Positions 19,460 to 29,846 are shown, numbered from the stretch's first letter. The stretch: 64,000 bases of DNA from Thermoplasmatota archaeon (GCA_041601615.1 JBFIHX010000003.1:224001-288000), one strand, 5' to 3'. Numbers and translations: made by a program. The notes: generated from the sequence alone by a model not told the origin.

Positions 19460-19603
19460 GCGATCACTGCCGCGTCCATCCCTCTGGCCAAACGAGTTGT
19501 TGCTGGCCTTCAAGCCCCACGCGACGGGGGTTACGTTGGCTGCGGCACTGGTTCGGGGGTTATGAAGGGGTGGGTTGGACCCAGCGGCCGGTGTCAAAAT
19601 CCG

Positions 19604-20740
19604 TCACGGCCCCCCGCCTCCTTCTGCAAACACCCGTCGCAGGGGCAGCGGCCCGCCGAGTCCGGATCCCTTGAGTTCTTCGGCGGGATTGATGAGGTCG
19701 ACGCCGTTGATGGAGCCGTAGAATCGACACAAGACTTCCCAGTACCACCAGGGGTCCATTGCTTCGAAGCCGGTGTGGGCGCCCCAGTTGGTGACTAGGA
19801 CTTGGATGTTTTCGCGGTCGCGGGCGTAGCGTTCCATGCGCCGGGCGTGTCGTACTGGGACCACGGGGTCGTTGGTGGCGTGCACGAGGAGGATTGGGAC
19901 GTGCATGTCGGGAACACGGATTTTGGGGTTGGCGCGACTGGCCAATTCTTCGAAGCCTTCGAGGCCGTTGACGCGGGCGGCGTCGTCCATGTACTCCAGG
20001 AAGCTCTCGTAGCCGCCCATGCTACGGTAGCGAAGCATGCGCCGGAAGCCTTGCCATTGGGGCATGAACGGGTGGCCGCGTGGAGGCCTGGCGCTGATGT
20101 ACTGCACGGCGTCGCGCACGTCTACGAAGGCGCTCCAGCAAGCAACACCGCCGTCTAGTGCTTGGATGCCTTCTTCGTGATCGAGTGCGGAGGCGTTGAG
20201 TGCGGCGGCTCCTCCGAGGCTTTCGGCGAGCACCGCGACTCGCTCAACGTTGGTGTGTGTTCGAAGGTACTTTGCGGCGGCTTCCACATCGTAAGCCTCC
20301 TTCCAGCCACCGGTGCCGATGCCTCGAGATTCGCCAAAGGCACGTTGGTCGATGATGACCACGGGCACTTTCCAGGCTTTCCAGGCGCGCAGAGCCCGGC
20401 GTTTGTGGACTGTGTCGTCCTTGGTGGAGAACATGCCGGGGACGATCACGAGGCCGAAGCCGGGCGGCGGAGGCGTTGATGGAGAACCGGCGTCTTCGGG
20501 GGTGGGGGCGTGGGCAGGTCCGAACCAGGCGGCGATGTGTACGCCGTCGCGGGTGCGCAGCCAGACGTGTCGAAACGGTTTGGGATACGGATTGACCTTG
20601 CGAAAGAAGCGGGCGGTTTCGGGTCGAGCATGGCCGACGAGGTCCAGTCCGCGTTTGAGCCGGAAGGCCCAATTGCGTGGGTGGGCGCGGGCGACGGGAT
20701 TCTGGGGCAGCCGCTCTAGGTCACGACGCAATGCACGCAT
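19604..20740 (-). CDS. Alpha/beta hydrolase (YheT-like)
   Basis: AESLGG nucleophile elbow, NDPVVP Asp, WGAHTGF His. Confidence 0.8.
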   Translation of the reverse strand: MRALRRDLERLPQNPVARAHPRNWAFRLKRGLDLVGHARPETARFFRKVNPYPKPFRHVWLRTRDGVHIAAWFGPAHAPTPEDAGSPSTPPPPGFGLVIVPGMFSTKDDTVHKRRALRAWKAWKVPVVIIDQRAFGESRGIGTGGWKEAYDVEAAAKYLRTHTNVERVAVLAESLGGAAALNASALDHEEGIQALDGGVACWSAFVDVRDAVQYISARPPRGHPFMPQWQGFRRMLRYRSMGGYESFLEYMDDAARVNGLEGFEELASRANPKIRVPDMHVPILLVHATNDPVVPVRHARRMERYARDRENIQVLVTNWGAHTGFEAMDPWWYWEVLCRFYGSINGVDLINPAEELKGSGLGGPLPLRRVFAEGGGGP

Positions 20741-20905
20741 GGGTCCAATTTTGCTGCCCGGCAACGGCCCAGATTCGAGCGCCGGGCCGATAAGCACATC
20801 GGTGTGCCGATTTGGGAACGAGGTCGGCGGGCCGCCGGTTTGCCTGTTGGTGGATGTGGTTGGTTCGCGGATTGATTGGATGGCTGGTCGGGTGGAGCCC
20901 GGGGG

Positions 20906-21493
20906 CTACAGCGGTTGCCGGCGGGCGATGCGGATGGCGGCGTCCGTGTGGCGGCTTCCCGTGACGGCGGCGGAAGGAGTGCTGGCAAATTCGGGAACCA
21001 TCAGAACGGGCAGGTCTGGATCCGCTTCCCGTAACGCATGCCGCAGCGCCCGGCCAACATCCGGTGCACCGTCGCCGATGTGTACAGACTCGCTGCGTGC
21101 TTCGAGCCCCGTGCGCCATGCCGAGAGGCGCCGGACGGTTCCTTCGATGCTGTGTTCTTCGGCAACCCACAGGGGCATATCGTCCGCAACGACCGCCAGC
21201 CCCATGGTTTCGCCGGGGTCGATGCCGTACACCACATGCCGGTACTCTGAGCCGCGTGGATCGAGTGCTTGCGCCACGGCCAGGAGCGTGGCTTCGCGGT
21301 CGGGCAGCACGGCGACGGTGCGTGGGTCGCCCTCGGGGCCTCCTAGAAGCACCTGGACGACGGCAGGAATTTCCTCTCCCGGAGTCAAGCCCAACAGTGT
21401 TACGCCGACGCTCTCAAAGAAAGGAGCTAGATCGTGGTAGAGCCGAAAATCATCGGTGACGAGGGCCACGGGGCGGTTGCGGCGTTCGCCCAT
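20906..21493 (-). CDS. Uncharacterised RNase H-fold (YqgF/RuvC-like) protein
   Basis: YGIDPGETMGLAV, IGDG, VPE and HTDAAIRIA motifs. Confidence 0.6.
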   Translation of the reverse strand: MGERRNRPVALVTDDFRLYHDLAPFFESVGVTLLGLTPGEEIPAVVQVLLGGPEGDPRTVAVLPDREATLLAVAQALDPRGSEYRHVVYGIDPGETMGLAVVADDMPLWVAEEHSIEGTVRRLSAWRTGLEARSESVHIGDGAPDVGRALRHALREADPDLPVLMVPEFASTPSAAVTGSRHTDAAIRIARRQPL

Positions 21494-21632
21494 GAAGCCG
21501 GTCAACGCGCCGCAAGGAACGGAGGATTTGAAAGGCGCACCGGGAGCCCGACCTGATGGGTTGGGTGGGTGGCCTTAGGGAATTTCGAAGTAATTTCATC
21601 GATATTAAGCAAGGAAGCCGCAATCTCGTGGT

Positions 21633-21860
21633 ATGAGGACTCTACTCTTCAGCGCGTTGGCAGTGTTGCTGCTTATCGCACCAGGCGTCACGGCAAGCCC
21701 CGTACACACGGATTCGGAGGACACGTCGGGGGCGTGTGTGATCACCATTGCGATGGCCGAACTGTCGCTTGTTTGTGTCGGCAGTGACCGCGCGTGTGTG
21801 GCTGGCGGCCGGACCTGGTGGTTGCTTACCCGCGATGGCACCGGTTGCGTCTCATTGTAG
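21633..21860 (+). CDS. Small secreted four-Cys protein
   Basis: Signal peptide ending APGVTA; ATTAAG TATA-like box about 25 nt upstream. Confidence 0.6.
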   Translation: MRTLLFSALAVLLLIAPGVTASPVHTDSEDTSGACVITIAMAELSLVCVGSDRACVAGGRTWWLLTRDGTGCVSL

Positions 21861-21899
21861 CCGGACAGTTTCAAGTCCCCTCTTTTCCTTCCTCCTCTG

Positions 21900-23108
21900 A
21901 TGAGCCTCCGTATTGACAGCCCCCACGTCGCCGAGCGTGTCCAAGCGTTTCCCGAGTCGGTCATTCGATCCATGAGCATTGTCGCGGCGCGCCATAACGC
22001 CATCAACCTTGGCCAGGGCTTTCCCGACTTCGACCCGCCGCAAGCCGTGATGGACGCGGCCAAGCAAGCGATCGACGACGGCTTCAACCAGTACGCAGTA
22101 ACATGGGGTGCTCCCCCGCTGCGTGAGGCTCTGGCCCGCAAGCTTGCCGATTTCAACCGCATCGAAGCAGACCCCGAGCACAACATCGTCGTCACCTGCG
22201 GCGCCACGGAAGCGATGATGGCCACCATGCTTGCCACCATCAACCCCGGCGAGAAAGTGGTCCTGTTCGAGCCATTCTACGAAAATTTTGGCCCCGACGC
22301 AGTCGTCAGCGGCGCAAGCCCCCTGTACGTCCCGCTCGACGCGCCCACCTTCCAGCCGGACGAAGAAGCGATGAAGGCGCAGTTTGCGGCCAAACCGAAG
22401 GCCGTCATCGTCAACACCCCCGGCAACCCCACGGGACGCATCTTCACCGACGATACGCTGCGTCTCATCGCGGACCTTTGCACGGACCACGACACCCTCG
22501 CCGTCACGGACGAAATCTACGAACACATGGTCTACGACGGCAAGCACCACACCAGCCTTGCCACCGTCGGCGACATGCACGCGCGCACCATCACCATCGG
22601 CGGCTTCAGCAAAACCTACAGTGTCACTGGCTGGCGCCTCGCCTACACCGCCGCCCCTCGGCTCGTCACATCCGCCATCAAGCGCGTGCACGACTTTTTG
22701 ACCGTGGGCGCAGCACACCCTCTGCAAATCGCTGCCGTCACGGCCCTTGGCCTGCCACAGAGCTACTACACGGACTTGCGCGACTCGTACCAATCCAAGC
22801 GCGACATCCTGCTAGGCGCCCTCGAAAAAGCCAGTTTCAAGTGCCACCGGCCCGACTCCGCGTACTACATTCTTGCCGACTTCACGGCACTTGCGCCCGA
22901 CATGGACGACACCGAATTCAGCATGTGGCTGACCAAGGAAGTAGGAGTTACTTGCATCCCGGGCTCCTCCTTCTTTGCCGACAAAGAACTCGGTCGAAAC
23001 CTCGTGCGTTTTGCCTATCCAAAGAAAAAGGAGACGCTGCTGGCTGCTGCTGCTCGGTTGGAGACGGTGCGGGCGAAGGCAGAGGCGCGGAACAAGGCGC
23101 TTGTGTAG
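21900..23108 (+). CDS. PLP-dependent aminotransferase class I/II
   Basis: INLGQGFPD, NTPGNPTG, DEIYEH and FSKTYSVTGWR motifs. Confidence 0.93.
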   Translation: MSLRIDSPHVAERVQAFPESVIRSMSIVAARHNAINLGQGFPDFDPPQAVMDAAKQAIDDGFNQYAVTWGAPPLREALARKLADFNRIEADPEHNIVVTCGATEAMMATMLATINPGEKVVLFEPFYENFGPDAVVSGASPLYVPLDAPTFQPDEEAMKAQFAAKPKAVIVNTPGNPTGRIFTDDTLRLIADLCTDHDTLAVTDEIYEHMVYDGKHHTSLATVGDMHARTITIGGFSKTYSVTGWRLAYTAAPRLVTSAIKRVHDFLTVGAAHPLQIAAVTALGLPQSYYTDLRDSYQSKRDILLGALEKASFKCHRPDSAYYILADFTALAPDMDDTEFSMWLTKEVGVTCIPGSSFFADKELGRNLVRFAYPKKKETLLAAAARLETVRAKAEARNKALV

Positions 23109-23182
23109 CCACGGGGGCCCGATTCATGGAGAGCCCTGTCTCAATCAAGGGGTGAAAAGGAGAAGAAAACCGGCGCAGGCAC

Positions 23183-24337
23183 TCAGGGCAACCCGGTCAC
23201 CGGCACCGGGTACGGCACAATCTGTCCGTCGGCAGGGGTGCCGACGAGGGTGGCGCGGGTGCCGGCCATCAATGCGCCCATGGTGTTGGCAATACGGGGC
23301 GGGTCGATGAGGATGATGTGGGTGTTGATGCCGGCGGCCTCTCCGAGTGCGGTGTTGCTGCCGCTGCCTGAGTCGCCGGGGCTGATGGCGCCGTAGAAGG
23401 CGTAGTATCTGTCGTCCCAGAATTGGTCGATGCCGGCGCGGGGGGTGCCGCCGGTACCAAGTCCGAGGCCGTGGCCGTAGTGGACGATGCCTTGCACGTA
23501 GGAGGGGTCGGGGTCGATGGTGGGGAGAATGCTGCCACTGAGGCTCATGGTGACCAAGGCGCCTTCTTCTTCGTAGACGCCGCGCGGGCCGCCCCAGAAG
23601 CACATGGTGGGACTGGTGATGTCCTGGGCGTGGTCGTAAATCTGGATGAGCGCCCAGTCGCGGCCGATGCCGCCGTCGCCGGTGGTCTGGGCGGTCTTGC
23701 CGAATTCATAGAGCACGACGCCAAGCAACCCGTCGTCTTCTGCGAGGGCCGCGACGGCGATCATCGGTTCGTTGCGTCGCTCGGTGCAGTGGCCGGCGGT
23801 GCTGATCTTGTAGCTGCCAGGGTTGCCGTAGACGTGGGCCATGCTGCAAATGGCGCCGTCCCCGGTGAGCAGGAAGGAGCCGGGTCGGATGCCGAGGCAG
23901 CCGGTGCCGGCCCAGGTCATGACGGCGTCGCTGTCGTTGGCGCCGACGGGCATGCTGCCGGGCAAGCCGTTGGTGGCCATGTCGCCAGAGAGTCGCACTT
24001 GCTCCATGCGGCCGTCTTCCCAGACAATCGTCGGGGTGCTAAAGTCGCTGTTCTGCACCACTTCACGACTGGGGATGCCCATGCGGGCCCGTTGGTCGTC
24101 CGTGGGAACGAACTTCATGGGCACGACGGCACCTTGTCCGTGGGCTTCCCAGAGTTCCGCGTACTATTCTTGAAACAGGGACTCCTTGCAGTCGGGACTG
24201 ATGTCGAAGGAGCGCAGTTCGATGGTGCGCGTGGAGTCCTGTTCGAGGTGGATGCTGCCGGGAATCAGGAGCGCTGTGACCACCGCAAGGGCTGCCAGGG
24301 TGCGAAGAGGTCTCGTGGATGAGGCTAAGAATGTCAT
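23183..24337 (-). pseudogene. Secreted trypsin-like serine protease interrupted by an in-frame TAG at 24166-24164
   Basis: The signal-peptide ORF (MTFLASS...) and the protease ORF (TAGHC, DWALI, GDSGS) are in the same frame, separated only by one TAG. Confidence 0.7.
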
Positions 24338-24505
24338 CAAGGGTAGAACCAGGTATCCAACTTGAGTGGGCCGCAAGGGAACCGACCTATCGAAAAACGA
24401 GGCGGCCAACGGGAAAAATGGCGACCGCTTGCGTACTTGACGCGCACAGAACCACAGCTTGGGCCACGGACTCAGTTTTTGAGTTCCAGGTCTCATCGAA
24501 GGCCC

Positions 24506-25585
24506 ATGCGTGTGTTGTCGGCCCTGTGCCTGCTCCTGCTTTTGCCCTCCGTCGGTGCCCAAGGCATCTTCCCCACGGACATCCTTGTTGCAGCCCCCGC
24601 CAACAGCACCGTGGTCTATGAGGCCACAGACGCGGCACCCCCGGCAGACGCACAGAAAGTGTACCTTGCCACAAGCACCCTCGCTGCCAGCTTCACCACC
24701 CAGTGGGACTACTTTGTCTCGGAGGCGTTCGTGGCCAGCGGCGCACTGTCTTTGACGTTCTACATCAGCTGCGACCTGGAGACCGTCATGCGCCCCGGCG
24801 TGGACAACCCGGCCAACCCCGTCGCCACCGCCCGCGGCCTTCTTGCCAAGGACGGCACGGTCCTCGGTCAAGCCAACCTGTTTTCCATCCGCACCTGCGA
24901 CGGACCCGACGACGTGTGGGAAGCGGTCTTTCAGGTCGACGGTGCCGACACCGCCTTCGCCCCCGGCAACGTCCTGAACCTCCAACTCATCATCTGGGGC
25001 CCCAACGGAGCGCCCGGAACCGGCCTGGAGAACTTCTTCATCTACGCCGGCGGCGCCTACCCCAGCGGCCTCACTGGCGCCAGCCTCCCCGGTGGTGCCA
25101 TCGTCGTGGCCGGCCCCGAGATCGTCCATGGAAACCTCACCGGCCCCGAGGCCACCATCGAACACGACTGGGCCACGAGCCGCAACACCATCTTCGCATA
25201 CAACTGGACGGCACCCGAGGGCAACGTCAGCGTGGACCTTGCGGTGGCACCCGCCCAGGGCAACGTCACCGTGACGATCCTGGACGCCGCCGGCACAGAA
25301 CTGCACAACGCCACCTTCGGCGCGGCCACGAACGAGACCCTGTCGCTCGCCGGCGGCAACTGGACCCTGCGCGTCGCGTACGACGACTTCGTCGGCACCT
25401 TCCGGCTCTTTGCCGACGCGATGCCCGAGATGGTCCCCGTGACTCCGCCCCCTGTAGGCAACGAGACCACGCCGCCGCCCGCAGATAACAACGGCACCGC
25501 CACGGACAACGGAGCGCCCGGTTTGCCCGTCGTGCTGCTGATGGCGGCGATGGCCGGGGTCGCGGTGCGGCGAAGGCGCAACTAG
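24506..25585 (+). CDS. Cell-surface protein with C-terminal sorting signal
   Basis: Signal peptide, many NxT/S sequons, tail NGAPGL-hydrophobic-RRRRN. Confidence 0.75.
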   Translation: MRVLSALCLLLLLPSVGAQGIFPTDILVAAPANSTVVYEATDAAPPADAQKVYLATSTLAASFTTQWDYFVSEAFVASGALSLTFYISCDLETVMRPGVDNPANPVATARGLLAKDGTVLGQANLFSIRTCDGPDDVWEAVFQVDGADTAFAPGNVLNLQLIIWGPNGAPGTGLENFFIYAGGAYPSGLTGASLPGGAIVVAGPEIVHGNLTGPEATIEHDWATSRNTIFAYNWTAPEGNVSVDLAVAPAQGNVTVTILDAAGTELHNATFGAATNETLSLAGGNWTLRVAYDDFVGTFRLFADAMPEMVPVTPPPVGNETTPPPADNNGTATDNGAPGLPVVLLMAAMAGVAVRRRRN

Positions 25586-25641
25586 CAAAATCTGCGAATC
25601 GAATCAACAAGGAGAGAGTGGGAAAAAGGGAATCCTGCGTC

Positions 25642-28095
25642 TTAGCTGACGGTCGCGACCAACCCAACCGTCTCGCTGCCCGAGTAGCCGTACACGCCGA
25701 TGTACACCCAGCCCGTGGAAGCCGCAGTGTGGCTGCACGACTCGGTGCTGCCGCTGGCGTAGGGCCGGCAGTCGTAGCTGCCCGTGGTCGGCTTGGAGCC
25801 GGTCTTGACGTACAAGTCGGAGTCGGCAGCACATCCAAGCAAGCCACAGGAGGGGCCCGTCATGTCGACTTGCACGGAGTCGCCGGCGATGGCGCAGATT
25901 TTGCGGTAGACGAACTGGCCGGCGGTGGTCGAAATCGATTCCGAGGAGCCGCTGGTCATGGTGGGCACGCTCGCGTCACCGCCGCTGCAACTGGCAGGGG
26001 GCGGCGAGGAGACCGTGACACTGGCGGTTGCGGAGTCGCTGAGGCTGCCGTCCGAGACCGTGAGGGTCACGGTGTAGGTGCCGGCGCTGCTGTAGGTGTG
26101 ACTTGCGGTGGCGCCACTGGCGCTGCTGCCGTCGCCAAAGGTCCAACTGTAGGTTAGGGTGTTTCCGTCGGGGTCGCTGCTGGCGCCGCCGTTCACGTTC
26201 GTGGTTAGGCCCGATTCACTGTGGGTGAAGCTGGCGGTCGGGGCGCGGTTGGCGGGGGGCGTTCCGGCGCCGTTGTGGTCCACAGTCAGCGTGAATGAGC
26301 CACTGCCGCTGTAGCCGTAGAGGCCGATGAGGACCCACTGGGCGGTGGCAGCCAGAGTGCAGGACTCGTCGCCACCGTTGGACTCGGACGAACAATCGTT
26401 GACGCTGGTGGTCGGCTTGGCGCCCTTGCGAAGGTACAGGTCCACGTCCTGGGCGCAACTGAAGAGGCTGCAGTTGTCGTCGTCGGTCGTCACTGTCAGG
26501 CTGCTTGCGTCGCTGGGGACACAGATCTTGCGGTACACCCAGTTGCCGCTGGAGACGCTGAGGGTCTCGGTGCTGCCGTCGGTGCTGGCGGTGACGCCGG
26601 GTTCGGGGTCGGTGCCGCAGCCACTGCCGCCGCCTCCGCCACCGCTCACGGTGACACTGTCCGAGTCCGTGTCGCTGCCGCCGTTGCCATCGGAAACGGT
26701 GAGCGTCACGGTGTAGGTGCCGCTGCTGCTGTAGGTGTGCGAGGCGGTAACTCCGCTGGCACTGCTGCCGTCGCCGAAGGTCCAGGAGTACGAGAGCGAG
26801 TCGCCGTCTGCGTCGCTGCTGCCAGATCCACTAACATTTACGGTGAGACCGCTGACGCTGTTGGTCATGCTGGCCACGGGTGCGGTGTTGCCGCCGCCTC
26901 CGCCGCCGCAGGTGCCGATGGCGTTCACGAGGCTGTCAATGCGCAGGAGGCCGTGGCCGTACAGGTTGTCCCAGCCGCTGGTGCCGAGGTCTTCGGCGGT
27001 GTTCTTCATGAGGTTACGAAGTTGGATGTTGGTAAGGCTGGAGTCACAGCTCAGGGCGAGCGCGAGGGCGCCAGCAACGTGGGGCGTTGCCATGCTGGTT
27101 CCACTCATGGTGGTGTAGCTGGTGTCGCTGCTGTAGGAGGTGCTGTACACGTTGCTGCCGGGAGCTACGATTTCCAGTTCGGCGCCGCCATTGGAGTAGC
27201 TGGCGCGGACCTTGCTGCTGGTGGTGGCACCCACTGCAATGGCGTTGGTGTATGCGGCCGGGTACGACACCGAACTGCTGCTGGAGTCGTTGCCGCTTGC
27301 TGCGACCACGAGGACGTTGCGAGCGTAGGCGTATTCTACGGCGCTGTCACCGCTTGCGGAGTATCCGCCGCCCCCGAGGCTCATGCTAACGATGCGCGCA
27401 CCGTCGTCGGCGGCGTCCATGATGGCGGCGTTGATGTTGGATTGGCTGCCACTGCATTGGGTTCCAAACAGGGCACTGCCAAGGACTCGGTGGTGGATGA
27501 TGCTGGCTTGGCTCATGCCGGCAACACCCTTGCCGTTGTCCGTGATGGCAGCAACAGTGCCGCTCACGTGGGTTCCGTGGCCACAGTCATCGTTGGGGTT
27601 GTTGTTGCCGTTGACGTAGTTGTAGCCGCCAATGTAGTTGGCCGCGAGGTCTTCGTGCGTGGCGCGGATGCCCGAATCCAGAACGGCGACTTTGATGCTG
27701 CTGCTTCCGTATCCAACGGTGCCCCATGCGGCGGGTGCGCCCATTTGGGCGGGGCCGTACTGGGAGCTGTATCCAGGGTCGTTGGGGACGACGAAGGCGG
27801 AAAGCACCTGGTCGTCCTCGATGTAAGCGATGCCGGGCCAACCGGCGAGGGCGGCGCGAACGTCACGAAGGTCGTCAGCCGCGACGACGATGTAGTCGAT
27901 GCGCGGTTCCACGTTCAGCACTGGCAGGCCGGCGAGGGCGGCGCCCGGTTCCACGGCGGGCAGATAGCCTGGTTCGAAGCCGATGATGGCTTGACCAAGG
28001 CTCGTGGGTTCTGCCGGGGGTGCCGCCGTGACGGTGCTGATGCCCGTCAAGGGGACCAGGACAAGTAAGAGTGCTAGCGGAAGCGCCGTTCGCAT
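25642..28095 (-). CDS. Extracellular S8 subtilase with PKD-PPC-PKD-PPC tail
   Basis: VLDSG, HGTHVSG and SGTSMATPHVAG triad; two WTFGDG PKD domains; two PPC-like domains (DVDLYLR, DSDLYVK). Confidence 0.95.
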   Translation of the reverse strand: MRTALPLALLLVLVPLTGISTVTAAPPAEPTSLGQAIIGFEPGYLPAVEPGAALAGLPVLNVEPRIDYIVVAADDLRDVRAALAGWPGIAYIEDDQVLSAFVVPNDPGYSSQYGPAQMGAPAAWGTVGYGSSSIKVAVLDSGIRATHEDLAANYIGGYNYVNGNNNPNDDCGHGTHVSGTVAAITDNGKGVAGMSQASIIHHRVLGSALFGTQCSGSQSNINAAIMDAADDGARIVSMSLGGGGYSASGDSAVEYAYARNVLVVAASGNDSSSSSVSYPAAYTNAIAVGATTSSKVRASYSNGGAELEIVAPGSNVYSTSYSSDTSYTTMSGTSMATPHVAGALALALSCDSSLTNIQLRNLMKNTAEDLGTSGWDNLYGHGLLRIDSLVNAIGTCGGGGGGNTAPVASMTNSVSGLTVNVSGSGSSDADGDSLSYSWTFGDGSSASGVTASHTYSSSGTYTVTLTVSDGNGGSDTDSDSVTVSGGGGGGSGCGTDPEPGVTASTDGSTETLSVSSGNWVYRKICVPSDASSLTVTTDDDNCSLFSCAQDVDLYLRKGAKPTTSVNDCSSESNGGDESCTLAATAQWVLIGLYGYSGSGSFTLTVDHNGAGTPPANRAPTASFTHSESGLTTNVNGGASSDPDGNTLTYSWTFGDGSSASGATASHTYSSAGTYTVTLTVSDGSLSDSATASVTVSSPPPASCSGGDASVPTMTSGSSESISTTAGQFVYRKICAIAGDSVQVDMTGPSCGLLGCAADSDLYVKTGSKPTTGSYDCRPYASGSTESCSHTAASTGWVYIGVYGYSGSETVGLVATVS

Positions 28096-28116
28096 GGCAC
28101 TACGCACACCGCAGTG

Positions 28117-28154
28117 GGTACTTGGGGCCTTGGCGGCGGTTCCCTATCATCCAT
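28117..28154 (-). promoter_or_regulatory. Conserved upstream element, copy 1 (subtilase gene)
   Basis: 29/38 identical to 42867-42904 at nearly the same distance from the ATG. Confidence 0.6.
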
Positions 28155-28392
28155 AGTGCATGAAAGTGGGAAAAACAGGTTGGCACATTGGCGCACAGTT
28201 AATGTACCGTACATCACTACTACGGATTTCGTAGAATGGCGATCAACAGTATTGCGCGGGCAACTCTGCAAGGAAGTGAGAGGTGCAACGGAAGGAACAA
28301 ACTCGAAATGGGGGTTGAATACAGCGACCCCAAAAGGGTGCGATCGTTTTGGGCAGCACTCGCTGCGCTCGGCCACTCGGGGCGATGCCCAT

Positions 28393-28746
28393 TCAAAGCA
28401 GAGACAAATGCCCAGTAACCTTGTCTAAGGTCAACTCGTCCCCGGGCCCTATCCCCAAAACGGTAACCGTCCCGGCTGGTATCTCGGTGTGCCCGGCGTC
28501 CTTGATGAGCGACGTGCTGAGCCCTGCGCGTTCGGCGGCGACTTTCAAGGGATAGAAGTCCTTCTCGCCGTTGACTTTCAGGACGGTCTTTTTTTGGCCA
28601 AGTTTGTGCCAGTCGTCGAAGGCGCGTTTGTCGTATTTTTGGGCCTTGAGGGCGCAGTCGACGGCGGCGTGGGCGACTTGCGCGGCAAGTTTGCCTTTGC
28701 TGAGTTTGAGGTCGTTGCGGGTGACGATGACCATCTTGTGGGCCAT
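28393..28746 (-). CDS. pth2: Peptidyl-tRNA hydrolase Pth2
   Basis: KMVIVTRNDLKLSKGKLAAQVAHA and DAGHTEI motifs. Confidence 0.96.
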   Translation of the reverse strand: MAHKMVIVTRNDLKLSKGKLAAQVAHAAVDCALKAQKYDKRAFDDWHKLGQKKTVLKVNGEKDFYPLKVAAERAGLSTSLIKDAGHTEIPAGTVTVLGIGPGDELTLDKVTGHLSLL

Positions 28747-28750
28747 GCTG

Positions 28751-29236
28751 CTATTCCTCGCTGTCGTCGTCGCCGTCTGCCTCGTCGCCTTCTGTGTCGC
28801 CTTCGCGTTCCTTGAGGGCAGCTAGTGCCGGGTTGCGAACGTCTTGGCTTCGCGTGAGGTGCTCGGTGATTTCGGGGTCGACGCCTCGGGTGTTGGCGGC
28901 GTGCCAGGTGTTGCCGGCTGCGATGGCGGCGTCCCAGTCGATCTCGCCTTTGAGGACAATTTCGTCGCCGACGATGGTGGCGGCGGCAACGGGGACCGAC
29001 TTGAAGACGCCGGCTTGTTTGAGAATGAGGTTTTCGCCTTCGGTGGCGACGGATTCGCCGACGACATTGCCTTCGTGGCGAGCGAACTTGACGAGGTAGT
29101 CGTGCCGGCTGGGGCCGTCTTCCTTGGGTCCGGCGTTGCGTTCGCGCATGATCATGCGTTGGTTGAACACCGTCATGCCCACGAGGAGGATGCCGACGGC
29201 GGCCAGGGTGTAGGTGACGGTCTGGTCGTCCAGCAT
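28751..29236 (-). CDS. Hypothetical membrane-anchored protein
   Basis: N-terminal TM, VGESV motif, acidic tail; co-oriented with pth2. Confidence 0.65.
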   Translation of the reverse strand: MLDDQTVTYTLAAVGILLVGMTVFNQRMIMRERNAGPKEDGPSRHDYLVKFARHEGNVVGESVATEGENLILKQAGVFKSVPVAAATIVGDEIVLKGEIDWDAAIAAGNTWHAANTRGVDPEITEHLTRSQDVRNPALAALKEREGDTEGDEADGDDDSEE

Positions 29237-29291
29237 GGGCTTCAGGGGTTCGATATCAGGGCGATTTAAAGGGCCATTCCATTGAGGCGCC

Positions 29292-29846
29292 GTGGAGTGG
29301 TTTGTTGTAGTGCTGCTTTTGGCCGTCCTGATTGGCTTGGTGGCATGGAGATTTTACAATCGATTCGTGGTTCTGGCAAACAGATGCGAGGAATCATGGA
29401 GCAATGTAGGTACGGAGCTGCGGCGGCGCCATGAATTGGTTCCGAACCTTGTGGAGACTGTGAAGGGGTATGCTGCGCACGAGCGTGGCGTCCAGCAGGC
29501 GATTACGGAAGCTCGGGCCCTTGCGCGCAAAAACGACTTGGGGCCTGGAGAAGCGCAGAGCGTGGAGCGCGCGTTGTCGGGCGCCATGGAGCGGTTGCTT
29601 GCGGTGGCGGAGGCGTACCCGGTGCTGAAGGCGTCGGAGTCGTTTTTGCGGCTGCAGCAAGAGCTGGGTGTCACGGAGGATCGAATCCAGGCGGCCCGGC
29701 GTTTCTACAATGGCAATGTGCGGGACCTTCGCAATGCAACGAGGCAGTTTCCGGGCGTCCTGTTTGCCAGCATGTTCCGGCCAGAGACGTGGGCGTTCTT
29801 TGAGGTCGATCCGATCCACCGTGTGGCGCCGGGAGTGCATCTTTGA
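29292..29846 (+). CDS. lemA: LemA family protein
   Basis: LRRRHELVPNLVETVKGYAAHE, AEAYPVLKA and ARRFYN motifs. Confidence 0.93.
   Translation: MEWFVVVLLLAVLIGLVAWRFYNRFVVLANRCEESWSNVGTELRRRHELVPNLVETVKGYAAHERGVQQAITEARALARKNDLGPGEAQSVERALSGAMERLLAVAEAYPVLKASESFLRLQQELGVTEDRIQAARRFYNGNVRDLRNATRQFPGVLFASMFRPETWAFFEVDPIHRVAPGVHL

Noticed and set aside
17978-19798. Long antisense ORFs (e.g. 606 aa here, also 48360-49823, 26737-28068, 57976-59382)
   Set aside because: Shadow frames of clear genes on the opposite strand, expected at high GC
24164-24166. Genome-wide TAG recoding (pyrrolysine or alternative code)
   Set aside because: TAG terminates many conserved genes here (e.g. queD, tsr3, cdc48) and no pyl genes are in the window
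26020-26860. Repeated DNA blocks within the subtilase gene
   Set aside because: Explained by the two PKD domains
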